The notes: generated by a model from the sequence alone, not told the origin. Positions 1-10,546 are shown, counted from the stretch's first letter. The stretch is DNA of 64,000 nt from an uncultured Clostridia bacterium (GCA_934184665.1 CAKPSX010000002.1:2753-66752), one strand, 5' to 3'. Made by a program: numbers and translations.

Positions 1-1
1 A

Positions 2-442
2 TTAGGAATAAGTACTAAAAAAATAAGCTTGCCATTTGAACATACAGTAGAAGAAGCAGGAAATATGGAAAATAGTAAAATAGATACAGTTCTAGAAGTG
101 AGTAGCCAGGAGTTTGTAAATCAAACAGGAGGAGTTGTTGATGCAAATATTGATTTAAATATGGAAGTTGACACATACAAAAATTCAGTTATTCCTGTTA
201 TAAATAATATTTCAGCAGAAGAAGAGGATAATCAAGAAGATTATAGTGTAATAATTTATGTGGTAAAAAGTGGAGATACATTATGGAAAATTGCTAAAAG
301 GTTTGGAAGTACAGTTGATGATATTGCAAGAGTAAATGGAATGGAAAGACCAGATAGATTAAATGTGGGAGAAAAAATTTATATACCAAGATATGTTCTA
401 AAAAGAGCAAAAGAGCCAATATTGATATCACAAAATGTATGA
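2..442 (+). CDS. LysM domain-containing protein, 5'-truncated by the window edge (C-terminal part only)
   Basis: The frame is open from base 2, with no stop upstream of the listed TTG at 29. The C-terminus carries a canonical LysM repeat (YVVKSGDTLWKIAKRFGSTVDDIARVNGM...LNVGEKIYIP). Its stop overlaps the next gene's start. Confidence 0.8.
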   Translation, partial: LGISTKKISLPFEHTVEEAGNMENSKIDTVLEVSSQEFVNQTGGVVDANIDLNMEVDTYKNSVIPVINNISAEEEDNQEDYSVIIYVVKSGDTLWKIAKRFGSTVDDIARVNGMERPDRLNVGEKIYIPRYVLKRAKEPILISQNV

Positions 443-1157
443 TAAAATATATTCAAGAAGAAGATTTATAATAAAGCCTAAATTCATGGATAAAATGCCC
501 AAAATACCGAAGGAGAAAAAAAGAAAAATAACAAAGTTTTTGCTGATAATTATTGCAATAATTATTGTGATAAAATTAATTGTAAATTACATAGAACCAG
601 TATTTCAGACAATGTGCGAGGAAAAAGCAAAATCTATTGCAACAATAATAGCAAATGAAGAATCAACAAAAATAATGAACTTATACAAATATGAAGATTT
701 GTTTACAATTGAAAAAGACAATGATGGAAATGTAAAATTAATAACATCAAATATTGTACCAATGAATAATATGATTTCAGATTTAACTGGGAATATCCAA
801 ACAAGATTTAATGACTTAAAAAAGACAAATATTGAAATTCCCTTAGGAAGCTTGATGGGTAGATATATATTATCTGGAACAGGGCCCAATGTACCAATAA
901 AAATAGCAATAATGGGAAATGTAGACACAGAAGTTAAAAGTGAATTTATAAATCAAGGTATAAATCAAACATTACATAGAATATATTTGAATTTAGATTG
1001 CAAAATGAAAATAATAACACCACTTCAAAATTTTGACAGAAATATAATAAATCAAGTTATTATTGCAGAACATGTAATAATAGGCAATATTCCAGATACT
1101 TATTATGAGTTAGAAGGAATGGAAACAAGGCTTGATGCAATGGAAGTTATAAATTAA
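435..1157 (+). CDS. yunB: Sporulation protein YunB-like
   Basis: 240 aa with a basic N-terminus and a single TM helix (FLLIIIAIIIVIKLIV). The body resembles the YunB family (IEIPLGSLMGRYILSGTGPNVPIKI, INQVIIAEHVIIG). It overlaps the upstream LysM gene by 8 nt. Confidence 0.65.
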   Translation: MYDKIYSRRRFIIKPKFMDKMPKIPKEKKRKITKFLLIIIAIIIVIKLIVNYIEPVFQTMCEEKAKSIATIIANEESTKIMNLYKYEDLFTIEKDNDGNVKLITSNIVPMNNMISDLTGNIQTRFNDLKKTNIEIPLGSLMGRYILSGTGPNVPIKIAIMGNVDTEVKSEFINQGINQTLHRIYLNLDCKMKIITPLQNFDRNIINQVIIAEHVIIGNIPDTYYELEGMETRLDAMEVIN

Positions 1158-1235
1158 AAAAATTAAAATGAGGGTTTATTTTCTTGGCTTTATGTGGTAA
1201 AATTGAATGGAAAAAAGAGTTGCATAAAGGAAGGA

Positions 1236-2657
1236 ATGAAAACAAAAATGGAAACAGAACAAGAAATAGAAAAACAGAAAGTATATATGGAAAAAGTCAA
1301 GAAAATAAACAATGAGATAAAAAAATACTTCATACTTACAATGGGATGTCAATTAAATGAAAATGACTCAGAAAAATTATGCGGTATGATGGAAAAAATG
1401 GGATATGAATCAACAGATAAATATGAAGAAGCGGACTTAGTAGTATTTAACACATGTTGCGTAAGAGAAAATGCAGAAGATAAATTATTTGGAAAACTAG
1501 GAGAATTAAAAAAGATAAAAGAAAAAAGAGGCACAATAATAGCAATAGGTGGCTGTATGATGCAAGAAAAACACATCACAGATAAAATACACGAGAGCTA
1601 TCCATATACAGATATTATATTTGGAACACATACATTACATAAGTTTCCGGAAGATTTATATAAAATACTAGAAAATAAAAACAAGATGCAAGATGTAATA
1701 GATATTGATGGAGAAGTATATGAAGGTTTACCAATAAAAAGAACAAGTAATATAAAAGCATCTGTTACAATAATGTATGGTTGTAATAATTTCTGTACAT
1801 ATTGTATAGTTCCATATGTAAGAGGTAGAGAAAGAAGTAGAAATCCAAAAGACATTTTAGAAGAAGTTGAACAATTAGCAAAAGAAGGATACAAAGAAAT
1901 AATGCTATTAGGTCAAAATGTAAACTCATATTTAAGAAGTGAACAATGGAAAGAAAAAGGAATAGATTACAATGGAATCAATTCATTTGCAACATTACTA
2001 AGAGCAATAAATAAAATAGATGGAATAGAAAGAATAAGGTTTGTATCACCACATCCAAAGGATTTCACAGATGATGTAATAGAAGCAATTGCAGATTGTG
2101 AAAAAGTATGTAAATTAATACATTTACCATTACAATCAGGTAGTACAAAAGTATTGAAATCAATGAATAGAAAATATACAAAAGAACAATATTTAGAATT
2201 AGTAGAAAAGATGAAAGCCAAAATTCCAAACCTTACATTATCAACAGATATAATAGTAGGTTTTGCAGGTGAGACAGAAGAAGATTTTGAAGACACACTT
2301 GATGTAGTAAGAAAAGTAGTTTTTGAACAAGTATATATGTTTATATATTCAAGAAGAGTTGGAACACCTGGAGATAAGATGGAAAATCAGGTTCCAGAAG
2401 AAATAAAACACAAAAGGTTTGATAGACTAAAAGAATTAGTAGAAAGTCAGATTGCAGAAAACAATCAAAAATATATAGGAACAATCCAAAAAGTATTAGT
2501 AGAAGGACCAAGTAAAAATAATCCAGAAATGCTTACAGGTAGAACAGATAGCAACAAGGTTGTGATATTTGAAGGAGATATAAGTTTAAAAGACGAAATA
2601 GTAGAAATAGAAATAATTTCAGAACATATGTGGTATTTGAAAGGAAGAAAGATATGA
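1236..2657 (+). CDS. miaB: tRNA-2-methylthio-N6-dimethylallyladenosine synthase MiaB (radical SAM methylthiotransferase)
   Basis: UPF0004 N-domain (FILTMGCQLNENDSE...FNTCCVRENAE), radical-SAM CNNFCTYCIVPYVRGRERSR and a C-terminal TRAM-like region. The start was moved to ATG 1236 behind AAGGAAGGAA. ATG 1248 is equally possible. Confidence 0.9.
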   Translation: MKTKMETEQEIEKQKVYMEKVKKINNEIKKYFILTMGCQLNENDSEKLCGMMEKMGYESTDKYEEADLVVFNTCCVRENAEDKLFGKLGELKKIKEKRGTIIAIGGCMMQEKHITDKIHESYPYTDIIFGTHTLHKFPEDLYKILENKNKMQDVIDIDGEVYEGLPIKRTSNIKASVTIMYGCNNFCTYCIVPYVRGRERSRNPKDILEEVEQLAKEGYKEIMLLGQNVNSYLRSEQWKEKGIDYNGINSFATLLRAINKIDGIERIRFVSPHPKDFTDDVIEAIADCEKVCKLIHLPLQSGSTKVLKSMNRKYTKEQYLELVEKMKAKIPNLTLSTDIIVGFAGETEEDFEDTLDVVRKVVFEQVYMFIYSRRVGTPGDKMENQVPEEIKHKRFDRLKELVESQIAENNQKYIGTIQKVLVEGPSKNNPEMLTGRTDSNKVVIFEGDISLKDEIVEIEIISEHMWYLKGRKI

Positions 2658-5272
2658 CACAAAAAGCAGAATACACACCAATGATGCAAAAATATTTAGA
2701 AACAAAAGAAAAATATAAAGATTGTATTTTATTCTATAGATTAGGCGATTTTTATGAAATGTTTTTCGATGATGCAATAACAGCATCAAGAGAATTGGAA
2801 ATAACTTTAACAGGTAAAGATTGTGGACAAGCTGAAAGAGCGCCAATGGCAGGAGTTCCACATCATGCAGCAGAAAATTATGCAGCAAAATTAATAGAAA
2901 AAGGCTATAAGGTTGCAATATGTGAGCAATTAGAAGACCCTAAAACAACAAAAGGAATAGTAAAAAGAGGAGTAATAAGAGTACTTACTCCAGGAACAAT
3001 AGTAGAATCAAACTTGTTAGAAGAAAAGAAAAACAATTATATAATGAGCATTGTAAAAAGTGGACTATATTTTGGAGTAAGTGTATGTGATATATCAACA
3101 GGAGAATTTTACAGTTGTGAGATTAAAGATGAAAACAATTTTGCATTATTATTAGATGAAATTGCAAGATTTACACCATCTGAAATAATAGCTAATTCAA
3201 TGATGTTTGAATGTCAAGAAGAAATAGACAAAATCTCTGAAAGATTTAATATATATATGAGCAAATTTAGTGATAAATTTTTCTCAGAAGATGTTGGAGA
3301 TTTACAGTTAGAATATAACATAATAGAAAATAAAAAAGAAGTCCAAAATTTAAAAGAAAGAAAGCTTGCAGTAAAATCTATAAATGCATTAATAGAATAT
3401 CTTAATGAAACACAAATGACAAGTTTAGAACATATAAACACTATAACAATTTACAATTTATCAAGATATATGACATTAGATATAAATGCAAGAAGAAATC
3501 TCGAAATAACAGAAAAGCTTAGAGATAAATCAAAAAAAGGAACATTATTATGGGTATTAGATAAAACATCAACTTCAATGGGAGGACGTTTATTAAGAAG
3601 ATGGTTAAATGACCCATTAATAGATACAAAAGAAATCCAAGAAAGACTAGAAGCTGTTGAAGAACTAAAAGATAATATAATGATAAGAGGAGATATAACA
3701 GAAACACTAAGAAAAGTATATGATATAGAACGTCTTTCAGGTAAAATGACATATGGTAATGCAAATGCAAGAGATATGATAACATTAAGAAATTCATTAG
3801 AAAAATTACCAGAAGTAAAGCAAGTTTTATCACAATGTCAAACACCAAAACTAAAAGAACTATATGAAAATTTAGATGAATTACAAGATATGCATAAACT
3901 TATAGAAGATTCAATTGTTGAGGATCCTCCATTAACAATAAAAGAAGGCGGAATCATAAAATTAGGATATGATGAAGAAATAGACAAGCTAAAAACAGCT
4001 ACAACAGAAGGTAAAAATTGGATTATAAAATTAGAGGCAGAAGAAAAAGAAAAAACAGGAATAAAAAACTTAAAAGTAGGATATAACAAAGTTTTTGGCT
4101 ATTATATAGAAGTTTCAAAATCATATATACCACAAGTCCCAGATAGATTTGTAAGAAAGCAAACATTAACAAATGGAGAAAGATATATAACAGAAGAATT
4201 AAAAAATCTAGAAAATCAGATTTTAGGAGCAGAAGATAAGGTTGTAAATCTTGAATATAATGAGTTTGTGAAAATAAGAGAAGAAATAGCTAAAAATATA
4301 AAAAGATTACAGAAAACAGCAAATATAGTTTCAACATTGGATGTATTAACTACATTTGCACAAGTTTCAGAAGATATGAATTATTGTAAGCCAATAGTTA
4401 ATGATGATGGCATAATTGATATAAAAGAAGGTAGACATCCAGTTATTGAAAAAATGGTTGGACCTGGTAACTTTGTACCAAATGATACATATCTTGACAA
4501 AGATGGAAACAGATTAGCAATAATAACAGGACCTAATATGGCAGGTAAATCTACATATATGAGGCAAGTTGCATTAATAACATTAATGGCACAAATAGGG
4601 TGCTTTGTACCAGCAACACAAGCTACAATAGGAGTTGTAGACAAAATATTCACTAGAATAGGAGCATCAGATGATTTAAGTATGGGACAAAGTACATTCA
4701 TGGTAGAAATGATGGAAGTTGCAACAATCCTAAAAGAAGCAACACAAAATAGTTTGGTTATATTAGATGAAATCGGAAGAGGAACATCAACATATGATGG
4801 ATTATCTATTGCATGGGCTGTCGCAGAATTTATTGCTGATAAAGAAAAATGTGGTGCTAAAACATTATTTGCAACACATTATCATGAATTAATAGAATTA
4901 GCAGATAAGCAAGAAGGAATAAAAAATTATTCAATAGCTGTAAAAGAAAAGGGAGAAGATATAATCTTTTTAAGAAAGATTGTGGAAGGTGGAACTGATG
5001 AAAGCTATGGAATACATGTTGCGAAACTTGCAGGAGTTCCTAAAAATGTAACTAAAAGAGCAAACGAAATACTAAGAAGCCTTGAAAGAAAAAGTATGTT
5101 AACAGGTAGAACTGCAGAAAAAGAAAACAAAAAAGTTGTTGAAGGACAAGTTGATATGTTTAACTTTAAATTAGCAGAAGTTGCACATGAAATAGATAAA
5201 ATTAATTTAAATGAATTGACACCTATAGATGCACTAAATACATTAGTTAAGATAAAGGAGAAAATGAAATAG
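2654..5272 (+). CDS. mutS: DNA mismatch repair protein MutS
   Basis: N-terminal TPMMQKYLE...YRLGDFYEMFFDDA, Walker A GPNMAGKSTYMRQVA, STFMVEM and DEIGRGTSTYDG. The start was set to ATG 2654 (MTQKAEYTP) behind GAAAGGAAG. The listed 2630 start would overlap miaB. Confidence 0.97.
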   Translation: MTQKAEYTPMMQKYLETKEKYKDCILFYRLGDFYEMFFDDAITASRELEITLTGKDCGQAERAPMAGVPHHAAENYAAKLIEKGYKVAICEQLEDPKTTKGIVKRGVIRVLTPGTIVESNLLEEKKNNYIMSIVKSGLYFGVSVCDISTGEFYSCEIKDENNFALLLDEIARFTPSEIIANSMMFECQEEIDKISERFNIYMSKFSDKFFSEDVGDLQLEYNIIENKKEVQNLKERKLAVKSINALIEYLNETQMTSLEHINTITIYNLSRYMTLDINARRNLEITEKLRDKSKKGTLLWVLDKTSTSMGGRLLRRWLNDPLIDTKEIQERLEAVEELKDNIMIRGDITETLRKVYDIERLSGKMTYGNANARDMITLRNSLEKLPEVKQVLSQCQTPKLKELYENLDELQDMHKLIEDSIVEDPPLTIKEGGIIKLGYDEEIDKLKTATTEGKNWIIKLEAEEKEKTGIKNLKVGYNKVFGYYIEVSKSYIPQVPDRFVRKQTLTNGERYITEELKNLENQILGAEDKVVNLEYNEFVKIREEIAKNIKRLQKTANIVSTLDVLTTFAQVSEDMNYCKPIVNDDGIIDIKEGRHPVIEKMVGPGNFVPNDTYLDKDGNRLAIITGPNMAGKSTYMRQVALITLMAQIGCFVPATQATIGVVDKIFTRIGASDDLSMGQSTFMVEMMEVATILKEATQNSLVILDEIGRGTSTYDGLSIAWAVAEFIADKEKCGAKTLFATHYHELIELADKQEGIKNYSIAVKEKGEDIIFLRKIVEGGTDESYGIHVAKLAGVPKNVTKRANEILRSLERKSMLTGRTAEKENKKVVEGQVDMFNFKLAEVAHEIDKINLNELTPIDALNTLVKIKEKMK

Positions 5273-5275
5273 GTT

Positions 5276-5872
5276 ATGAGTAATAGAAGAAAAAAACAAA
5301 TGAATACAAGTAATGGAGAAGGCAAAGTTATATATTTGAATTTTATGAATGTTGTATTTACATTTATAATTATTTGGGAAGTAATAACTTTAATAGGATT
5401 AATAATTAATCCTCATAGAGAACCAAGTTTATTTGGATTTAAAACATTCCAAATAGTTTCAGGAAGCATGGAACCTGAACTTTCTGTGAATGATATTGTA
5501 ATAGTTAAAAAAGTAAAACAGAAAAAAATAAAAGAAGGAGACATTATAACATTCAAAAATAGATATGGAGAAATTGTAACACATAGAGTGTATTATGTTG
5601 CTAGAAATACACAAAATGACCAGGTTTATGGTACAAAGGGAGATGCAAATAATACAGAAGATGATGGACAAGTATCTTATGAAAATATAGAAGGAAAATA
5701 TGTAGGAAAAATACCAAGAATAGGCAAGATTTTGAAAAACAAAACAATAGTTATAATTTTAGTTGTAATTCTTTTAATAGCAGTATATATAAATGGAAAG
5801 ATTAATAAGGCAAAAAGAAGAAGAAAAAGAACAAGAAGAGTATATGAGATGGAAAGAGAAAAAGGCATATAA
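5276..5872 (+). CDS. sipW: Signal peptidase I, SipW (ER/archaeal) type
   Basis: N-terminal TM, catalytic-Ser motif VSGSMEPELSVNDIVIVKK, downstream THRV and GDAN boxes, and a C-terminal TM anchor plus basic tail, as in SipW-type enzymes. It starts 4 nt after the mutS stop. Confidence 0.8.
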   Translation: MSNRRKKQMNTSNGEGKVIYLNFMNVVFTFIIIWEVITLIGLIINPHREPSLFGFKTFQIVSGSMEPELSVNDIVIVKKVKQKKIKEGDIITFKNRYGEIVTHRVYYVARNTQNDQVYGTKGDANNTEDDGQVSYENIEGKYVGKIPRIGKILKNKTIVIILVVILLIAVYINGKINKAKRRRKRTRRVYEMEREKGI

Positions 5873-5873
5873 T

Positions 5874-5913
5874 AAAAAAGAAATAGGAAAATAAAATTTC
5901 CTATTTCTTTTTT
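5874..5913. terminator. Bidirectional rho-independent terminator between sipW and the convergent orphan gene
   Basis: The hairpin GAAATAGGAA / TTCCTATTTC (5880-5889 / 5898-5907) is flanked by an A-run (5874-5879) and a T-run (5908-5913). Its right arm overlaps the stop codon of the minus-strand gene. Confidence 0.75.
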
Positions 5914-7568
5914 GGTTTACCTTTAGTTGGATTAACATTATAAACAATGTTAAAACATGAGAATTTATCTAATTCATTTTCATCAAGACAATCAAGATAT
6001 ATATCTAATTCTTTTAAACTTTTACAAGCAGCTATGATAGCAGGATTTAAATTAGATTGGAACATTAACTCAAATCCAAGTTCAATTGCTTCTTTAAGAT
6101 GACCATGTTCTTTTTTCTTTATTAATTGATATGCTTCTCTAAATCTTGACTTAACAGGATTTTTGAAATTATCTGTAGAAACTATATATTCATTTTGAAT
6201 TAATTCTTCAACAGAAGCATATTTCTTTTTGCTTTTTTTGTATTGTTTTTCTACCTCAGATAATTTATAAGGAAGGATAACTTGGTTTTTCTCCTCAGAT
6301 ATTATTAATGTATCATTGTCTTTAGTTAAATCAATACCAGAGGTGTTATGAGGTATATCATCAATTGTTGGAAGTTTAATTCCAATTTCACGAGGTTCTT
6401 CTTTTTGATGTTCCTCAATTGTAGTATTTTCAGTATTTTCAAGTTCTTCTGATTTTACATCAGTGGTATTAGATGTGTTATTTTCTGAAGTTGTATCATC
6501 AGAAACAGATGCAACTTCTGGATTGATTTCTAATTTATTTTCACTTGAAACAGCAACACCAATGCCAACAGGTTCTTTAACAGTATTTGCAACTAGATTT
6601 TCTGGTAATGGTTCAGTTGATGAAGGACTTACTGAATATGTCTCAGTAGATGTGGTACTATTTTTTTCGAACTCATCAGAAAAAGTAATTTCGTTTTTAT
6701 CAACAGAAATACTTAATGCAGAATTGTTAATAGCAATTTCAACAAAGTTTTTGTTACGTCCAATTCTTGAAACATTGATATAACTAGGAACTTCTATAGG
6801 CATATTTGTTATTATGTAATATCCACCATTTTCATGAGAAATTAATAAAACATTTTCAGAATTTGAAATCTGAACACCTACAGTTGTTACAGTAAAATTG
6901 AAATTATCTTCTTCAATACAAACTGTTGCCTGATTATCCTTAAACAAAACTTTGTAATTGTTTTGAACAGTTGAAATAGCTAGTATATCATTATCTGATT
7001 TTGGAAAGAAACATAAAAGGTCTGATGATGTTTTATCTGTGATATCTTTTACATCTCTTGAAACACTTTTCTTTTCTTCTTGTTTTGGAGCATTTGTTTC
7101 AGAAACCACTTTTTTAATTTCATTTAATTTTTCAGCATTTTTTGGCGCAACATTAGATGCATTTTTAGAAATATTAGAAAGTTGTTCATAAGAATTTATT
7201 GTTTTTTGCATTATTTCTTTAACAATATCTATGTTTTTTTCAACCTTTTCAAACAATTTATTGTATTGCTCAATATTTTGCTTAAGTGAATTTTTCTGTT
7301 CTAAAATAATATCTAAAATATTATGCAAGTTTGTTAAGTCTTGTAAATTTATACCAACTTGAAGTTGAGCTGTTTCTAAACTTGCTAATAACATATTTTT
7401 AAATACTTCATCATTTGCGAATGTTACTGAAATTTCTTCAACATATGTATTAATATAATCTTTGAACTTATTTTGAGAAAGTTGAAGTTCATTAATTAAT
7501 TCAATTTCTTTTGTAATAACAGTTGTTAATTGGCTTTGGTTTTCTAGCTTTTTGTTATAATTAATCAT
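5901..7568 (-). CDS. Hypothetical protein (555 aa) with a coiled-coil N-terminus, acidic S/T-rich linker and helical C-terminal domain
   Basis: Long ORF with normal codon usage. The start was set to ATG 7568 (MINYNKK) behind AAAGGAA. No signal peptide and no motif I recognise. Confidence 0.75.
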   Translation of the reverse strand: MINYNKKLENQSQLTTVITKEIELINELQLSQNKFKDYINTYVEEISVTFANDEVFKNMLLASLETAQLQVGINLQDLTNLHNILDIILEQKNSLKQNIEQYNKLFEKVEKNIDIVKEIMQKTINSYEQLSNISKNASNVAPKNAEKLNEIKKVVSETNAPKQEEKKSVSRDVKDITDKTSSDLLCFFPKSDNDILAISTVQNNYKVLFKDNQATVCIEEDNFNFTVTTVGVQISNSENVLLISHENGGYYIITNMPIEVPSYINVSRIGRNKNFVEIAINNSALSISVDKNEITFSDEFEKNSTTSTETYSVSPSSTEPLPENLVANTVKEPVGIGVAVSSENKLEINPEVASVSDDTTSENNTSNTTDVKSEELENTENTTIEEHQKEEPREIGIKLPTIDDIPHNTSGIDLTKDNDTLIISEEKNQVILPYKLSEVEKQYKKSKKKYASVEELIQNEYIVSTDNFKNPVKSRFREAYQLIKKKEHGHLKEAIELGFELMFQSNLNPAIIAACKSLKELDIYLDCLDENELDKFSCFNIVYNVNPTKGKPKKK

Positions 7569-7732
7569 AATAATCTCATTCCTTTCACAAGGCATAAACA
7601 TCATAATTTATGCTCAATCCAGATTATAACATAAATGTGGGAAATTTCCAACGAATTTAATGAAAAAATTAATATATATTTTTAGATTCATAAAAATGGT
7701 GAAGAATTTATTAAATAAAAATCATAAAACTC

Positions 7733-7761
7733 TTGCTATTTTCAAGGACAAATAGTAAAAT
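7733..7761 (+). promoter_or_regulatory. Candidate sigma-A promoter for rpe-pgi
   Basis: TTGCTA (7733-7738), 17-nt spacer, TAAAAT (7756-7761), about 25 nt upstream of the rpe start. Confidence 0.4.
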
Positions 7762-7785
7762 AGTGGCGAGGAGGGATGAGAATAA

Positions 7786-8454
7786 ATGGTAGAAATATCA
7801 ACATCAATCTTATCAGTAGAAAAAGGAAAAGAGGCTGAAGTATTTTTTGCATTAGAAAAAGCAAAAACAGATTATTTCCACATAGATGTAATGGATGGAA
7901 AGTTCGTTGAAAAAGATACATACCAAAAAATGGTAGAATACAGTAATTACATAAAAAGAATTTCAAACTTACCACTAGATGTGCATTTGATGGTAGAAAA
8001 TGTAAAAGATGCAATAGAAGATTTTTCGGCAGTAGAACCAAATATAATAACTTTTCATTTAGAAGCATGTAAAACAAAAGAAGAAGTAATGGATAGAATA
8101 AAACAAATAAAAGAAAATGGCTCAAGAGTTGGAATAGCAATAAAACCAGAAACAAATATTGAAGAAATATATGAATATTTGCCATATATACATACGTGCT
8201 TAGTAATGACAGTTGAACCAGGCAAAGGTGGACAAACATTAATAACAGATATGTTAGCTAAAATTTCTACATTAAAGGCATATGTTGAAAAAAATAATAT
8301 AGAAATAGACATAGAAGTTGATGGTGGTGTAAATATAAAAACTGCACCAAGAGTTAAAGAAGCAGGCGCTGATATTTTGGTTGCAGGAACAGCCATCTTA
8401 AAGGCTAATAATTTTGCTTCAATTATCGACGAGTTGAGGGAGATTGAAAAATAA
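7786..8454 (+). CDS. rpe: Ribulose-phosphate 3-epimerase
   Basis: HIDVMDGKFV, LDVHLMV, MTVEPGKGGQ and EVDGGVN motifs typical of Rpe. Strong SD (GGAGGG). Confidence 0.92.
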   Translation: MVEISTSILSVEKGKEAEVFFALEKAKTDYFHIDVMDGKFVEKDTYQKMVEYSNYIKRISNLPLDVHLMVENVKDAIEDFSAVEPNIITFHLEACKTKEEVMDRIKQIKENGSRVGIAIKPETNIEEIYEYLPYIHTCLVMTVEPGKGGQTLITDMLAKISTLKAYVEKNNIEIDIEVDGGVNIKTAPRVKEAGADILVAGTAILKANNFASIIDELREIEK

Positions 8455-8472
8455 TTAAAGGAGAGAATAAAA

Positions 8473-9780
8473 ATGTTAAACTTGAAATTAAATTTAAATA
8501 ACACAGGAATAGACGAAAAAGCAATAATGAAATACAAAGGAAGAGTTGAAGAAATACATCAAGAATTACACAACAGAGCATCAGATGAAAAAGACTTTGT
8601 TGGATGGATAGATTTGCCAACAAAATATGATAAAGAAGAATTTAAAAGAATAAAAGAATCAGCAAAGAAAATACAAGAAGAATCAGAAGTATTAGTTGTA
8701 ATAGGAATTGGTGGCTCATATCTAGGAGCTAGAGCAGTTATAGAAAGCTTAACAAGCTCATTTTATAATATGCTACCAGAAAAGAAAAGAAAATTCCCAC
8801 AAATATTATATGTTGGAAATAATTTAAGTCCAAACTATATAAATGAATTAATTGAAGTGCTTGGAAATAAAGACTTTTCTGTAAATGTAATATCAAAATC
8901 TGGAACGACAACAGAGCCAGCAATAGCATTCAGAATTTTCAGAGAAATGTTAGAAAATAGATATGGAATAGATGAAGCAAGAAGCAGAATATATGTTACA
9001 ACAGATAAAGAAAGAGGAGCATTAAAAACACTTGCAACAAAAGAAGGGTATGAAACATTTGTTATACCAGACAATATCGGAGGCAGATATTCAGTATTAA
9101 CAGCAGTAGGACTTTTACCAATAGCTGTTGCAGGAATAGATATTGATAAATTAATGGAAGGTGCAAGAGTAGCACAATTAAAATATGAAGATCCAAACTT
9201 AAAATATAATATCTGCTATCAATATGCAATTGCAAGAAATATTTTATATAAATTATATAAAAACACAGAAATACTAGTAAATTATGAGCCAAAATTACAT
9301 TCATTTACAGAGTGGTGGAAACAATTATTTGGCGAAAGTGAAGGAAAAAATCAATTAGGAATATTCCCAGCAGGTGTTGATTTTACAACAGATTTACATT
9401 CAATGGGACAATACATTCAAGAAGGTAGAAGAAATCTATTTGAAACAGTATTAAGTATTGAAAAGCCAAACTCAGATATAGAAATAAAAGAAGAAGAAGA
9501 CAATTTAGACGGATTAAATTATTTATCAGGAAAAACATTAGACTATGTAAATAAAAAAGCAATGGAAGGCACAATTGAGGCACATGTATCAGGTGATGTA
9601 CCAAACATAGTTATTGAATTACCAGAATTAACAGAAGAAACAATAGGACATTTAATATACTTTTTTGAAAAAGCTTGTGCAATGTCTGGAATGATACTTG
9701 GAGTTAACCCATTTAATCAACCAGGTGTTGAAAAATACAAAAAAAACATGTTTAAATTATTAGAAAAACCAGGTTATTAA
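8473..9780 (+). CDS. pgi: Glucose-6-phosphate isomerase (short Firmicute type)
   Basis: [28 protein letters not shown] and ESEGK motifs. 435 aa. Confidence 0.93.
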   Translation: MLNLKLNLNNTGIDEKAIMKYKGRVEEIHQELHNRASDEKDFVGWIDLPTKYDKEEFKRIKESAKKIQEESEVLVVIGIGGSYLGARAVIESLTSSFYNMLPEKKRKFPQILYVGNNLSPNYINELIEVLGNKDFSVNVISKSGTTTEPAIAFRIFREMLENRYGIDEARSRIYVTTDKERGALKTLATKEGYETFVIPDNIGGRYSVLTAVGLLPIAVAGIDIDKLMEGARVAQLKYEDPNLKYNICYQYAIARNILYKLYKNTEILVNYEPKLHSFTEWWKQLFGESEGKNQLGIFPAGVDFTTDLHSMGQYIQEGRRNLFETVLSIEKPNSDIEIKEEEDNLDGLNYLSGKTLDYVNKKAMEGTIEAHVSGDVPNIVIELPELTEETIGHLIYFFEKACAMSGMILGVNPFNQPGVEKYKKNMFKLLEKPGY

Positions 9781-9820
9781 ATCTGGTTTCTAAATACAGA
9801 ATGTAAGGAACGTGAAGAAA

Positions 9821-10546
9821 ATGGTAGTACAACAAGAATATAGAGTAAGATTATCAGAAGTAGGTAAAGATAATAAAATAACAAATAAAGCAATATTGGG
9901 GATATTAGAAGATGTCGCATGTAAGCACTCTGATATAGCGAAATGCGGAGTGCTTGACATTCCACAAACACATTTGACATGGCTTTTATTAGAATGGAAT
10001 GTTCAAGTAATAAAAAGACCAATGTATGGAGAAACCATAATTGCCAAAACTTGGTCAAAAGAATCAAAGAGATGTTATGCATTTCGTGATTTTGAAGTAC
10101 TAGATGAAAATGGAAATATCATAATAAAAGCAATTTCAAAATGGGTTTTAATGAATATTGAAAAATGCAGAGTAGAAACAATACAAGAAGAGCTACTAAA
10201 TAGATATGAACCAGAAATCAATAAAACAGTTTTTGAAGAAGAAGATTTTCCAAAAATAAAAGAGCCAGAGAGTTTTGAAAGAGAAACAATATATCAGGTT
10301 AGAAAAGCAGATATAGACATAAATGGACATATGCATAATATAAATTATATCGATTTAGCAAATGAAGCATTGCCAGTAGAAATTACAGTAAATAAACAAT
10401 TAGATAATTTTAGAATAACATATAAAAAAGAAATAAAACTTGGAGAAAAATTTAGATGTAAATATGCTAGAGTAGAAAATAAAAATATTGTTACAATAAA
10501 AAGTGAAGATGATAAAACATTACATGCAATAATTGAGTTACAATAA
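9821..10546 (+). CDS. Acyl-[acyl-carrier-protein] thioesterase
   Basis: Double hot-dog layout typical of the FatA/FatB-like bacterial acyl-ACP thioesterase family (YRVRLSEVG..., LLEWNVQVIKRPMYGETI, DIDINGHMHNINYI). The start was set to ATG 9821 behind AAGGAA. Confidence 0.8.
   Translation: MVVQQEYRVRLSEVGKDNKITNKAILGILEDVACKHSDIAKCGVLDIPQTHLTWLLLEWNVQVIKRPMYGETIIAKTWSKESKRCYAFRDFEVLDENGNIIIKAISKWVLMNIEKCRVETIQEELLNRYEPEINKTVFEEEDFPKIKEPESFERETIYQVRKADIDINGHMHNINYIDLANEALPVEITVNKQLDNFRITYKKEIKLGEKFRCKYARVENKNIVTIKSEDDKTLHAIIELQ

Noticed and set aside
2630-2653. Upstream extensions of listed ORFs: mutS from 2630, Alg13-like from 32601, RR from 16274, MutS2 from 30826, HAD from 57160 and murC from 22958.
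   Set aside because: In each case an internal ATG or GTG with a proper SD gives an N-terminus matching the family. It also removes an implausible overlap with the upstream gene.
7742-8537. Long antisense ORFs (7742..8239 and 8055..8537, minus strand) opposite rpe/pgi. There are similar ones opposite many genes, e.g. 3519..3848, 12419..12793, 25614..25946, 52124..52492, 54618..55155 and 63519..63923.
   Set aside because: Their products are Leu/Phe/Ile/Tyr-rich low-complexity strings with no SD. They lie fully inside well-supported sense genes. These are typical stop-poor antisense frames of AT-rich coding DNA.
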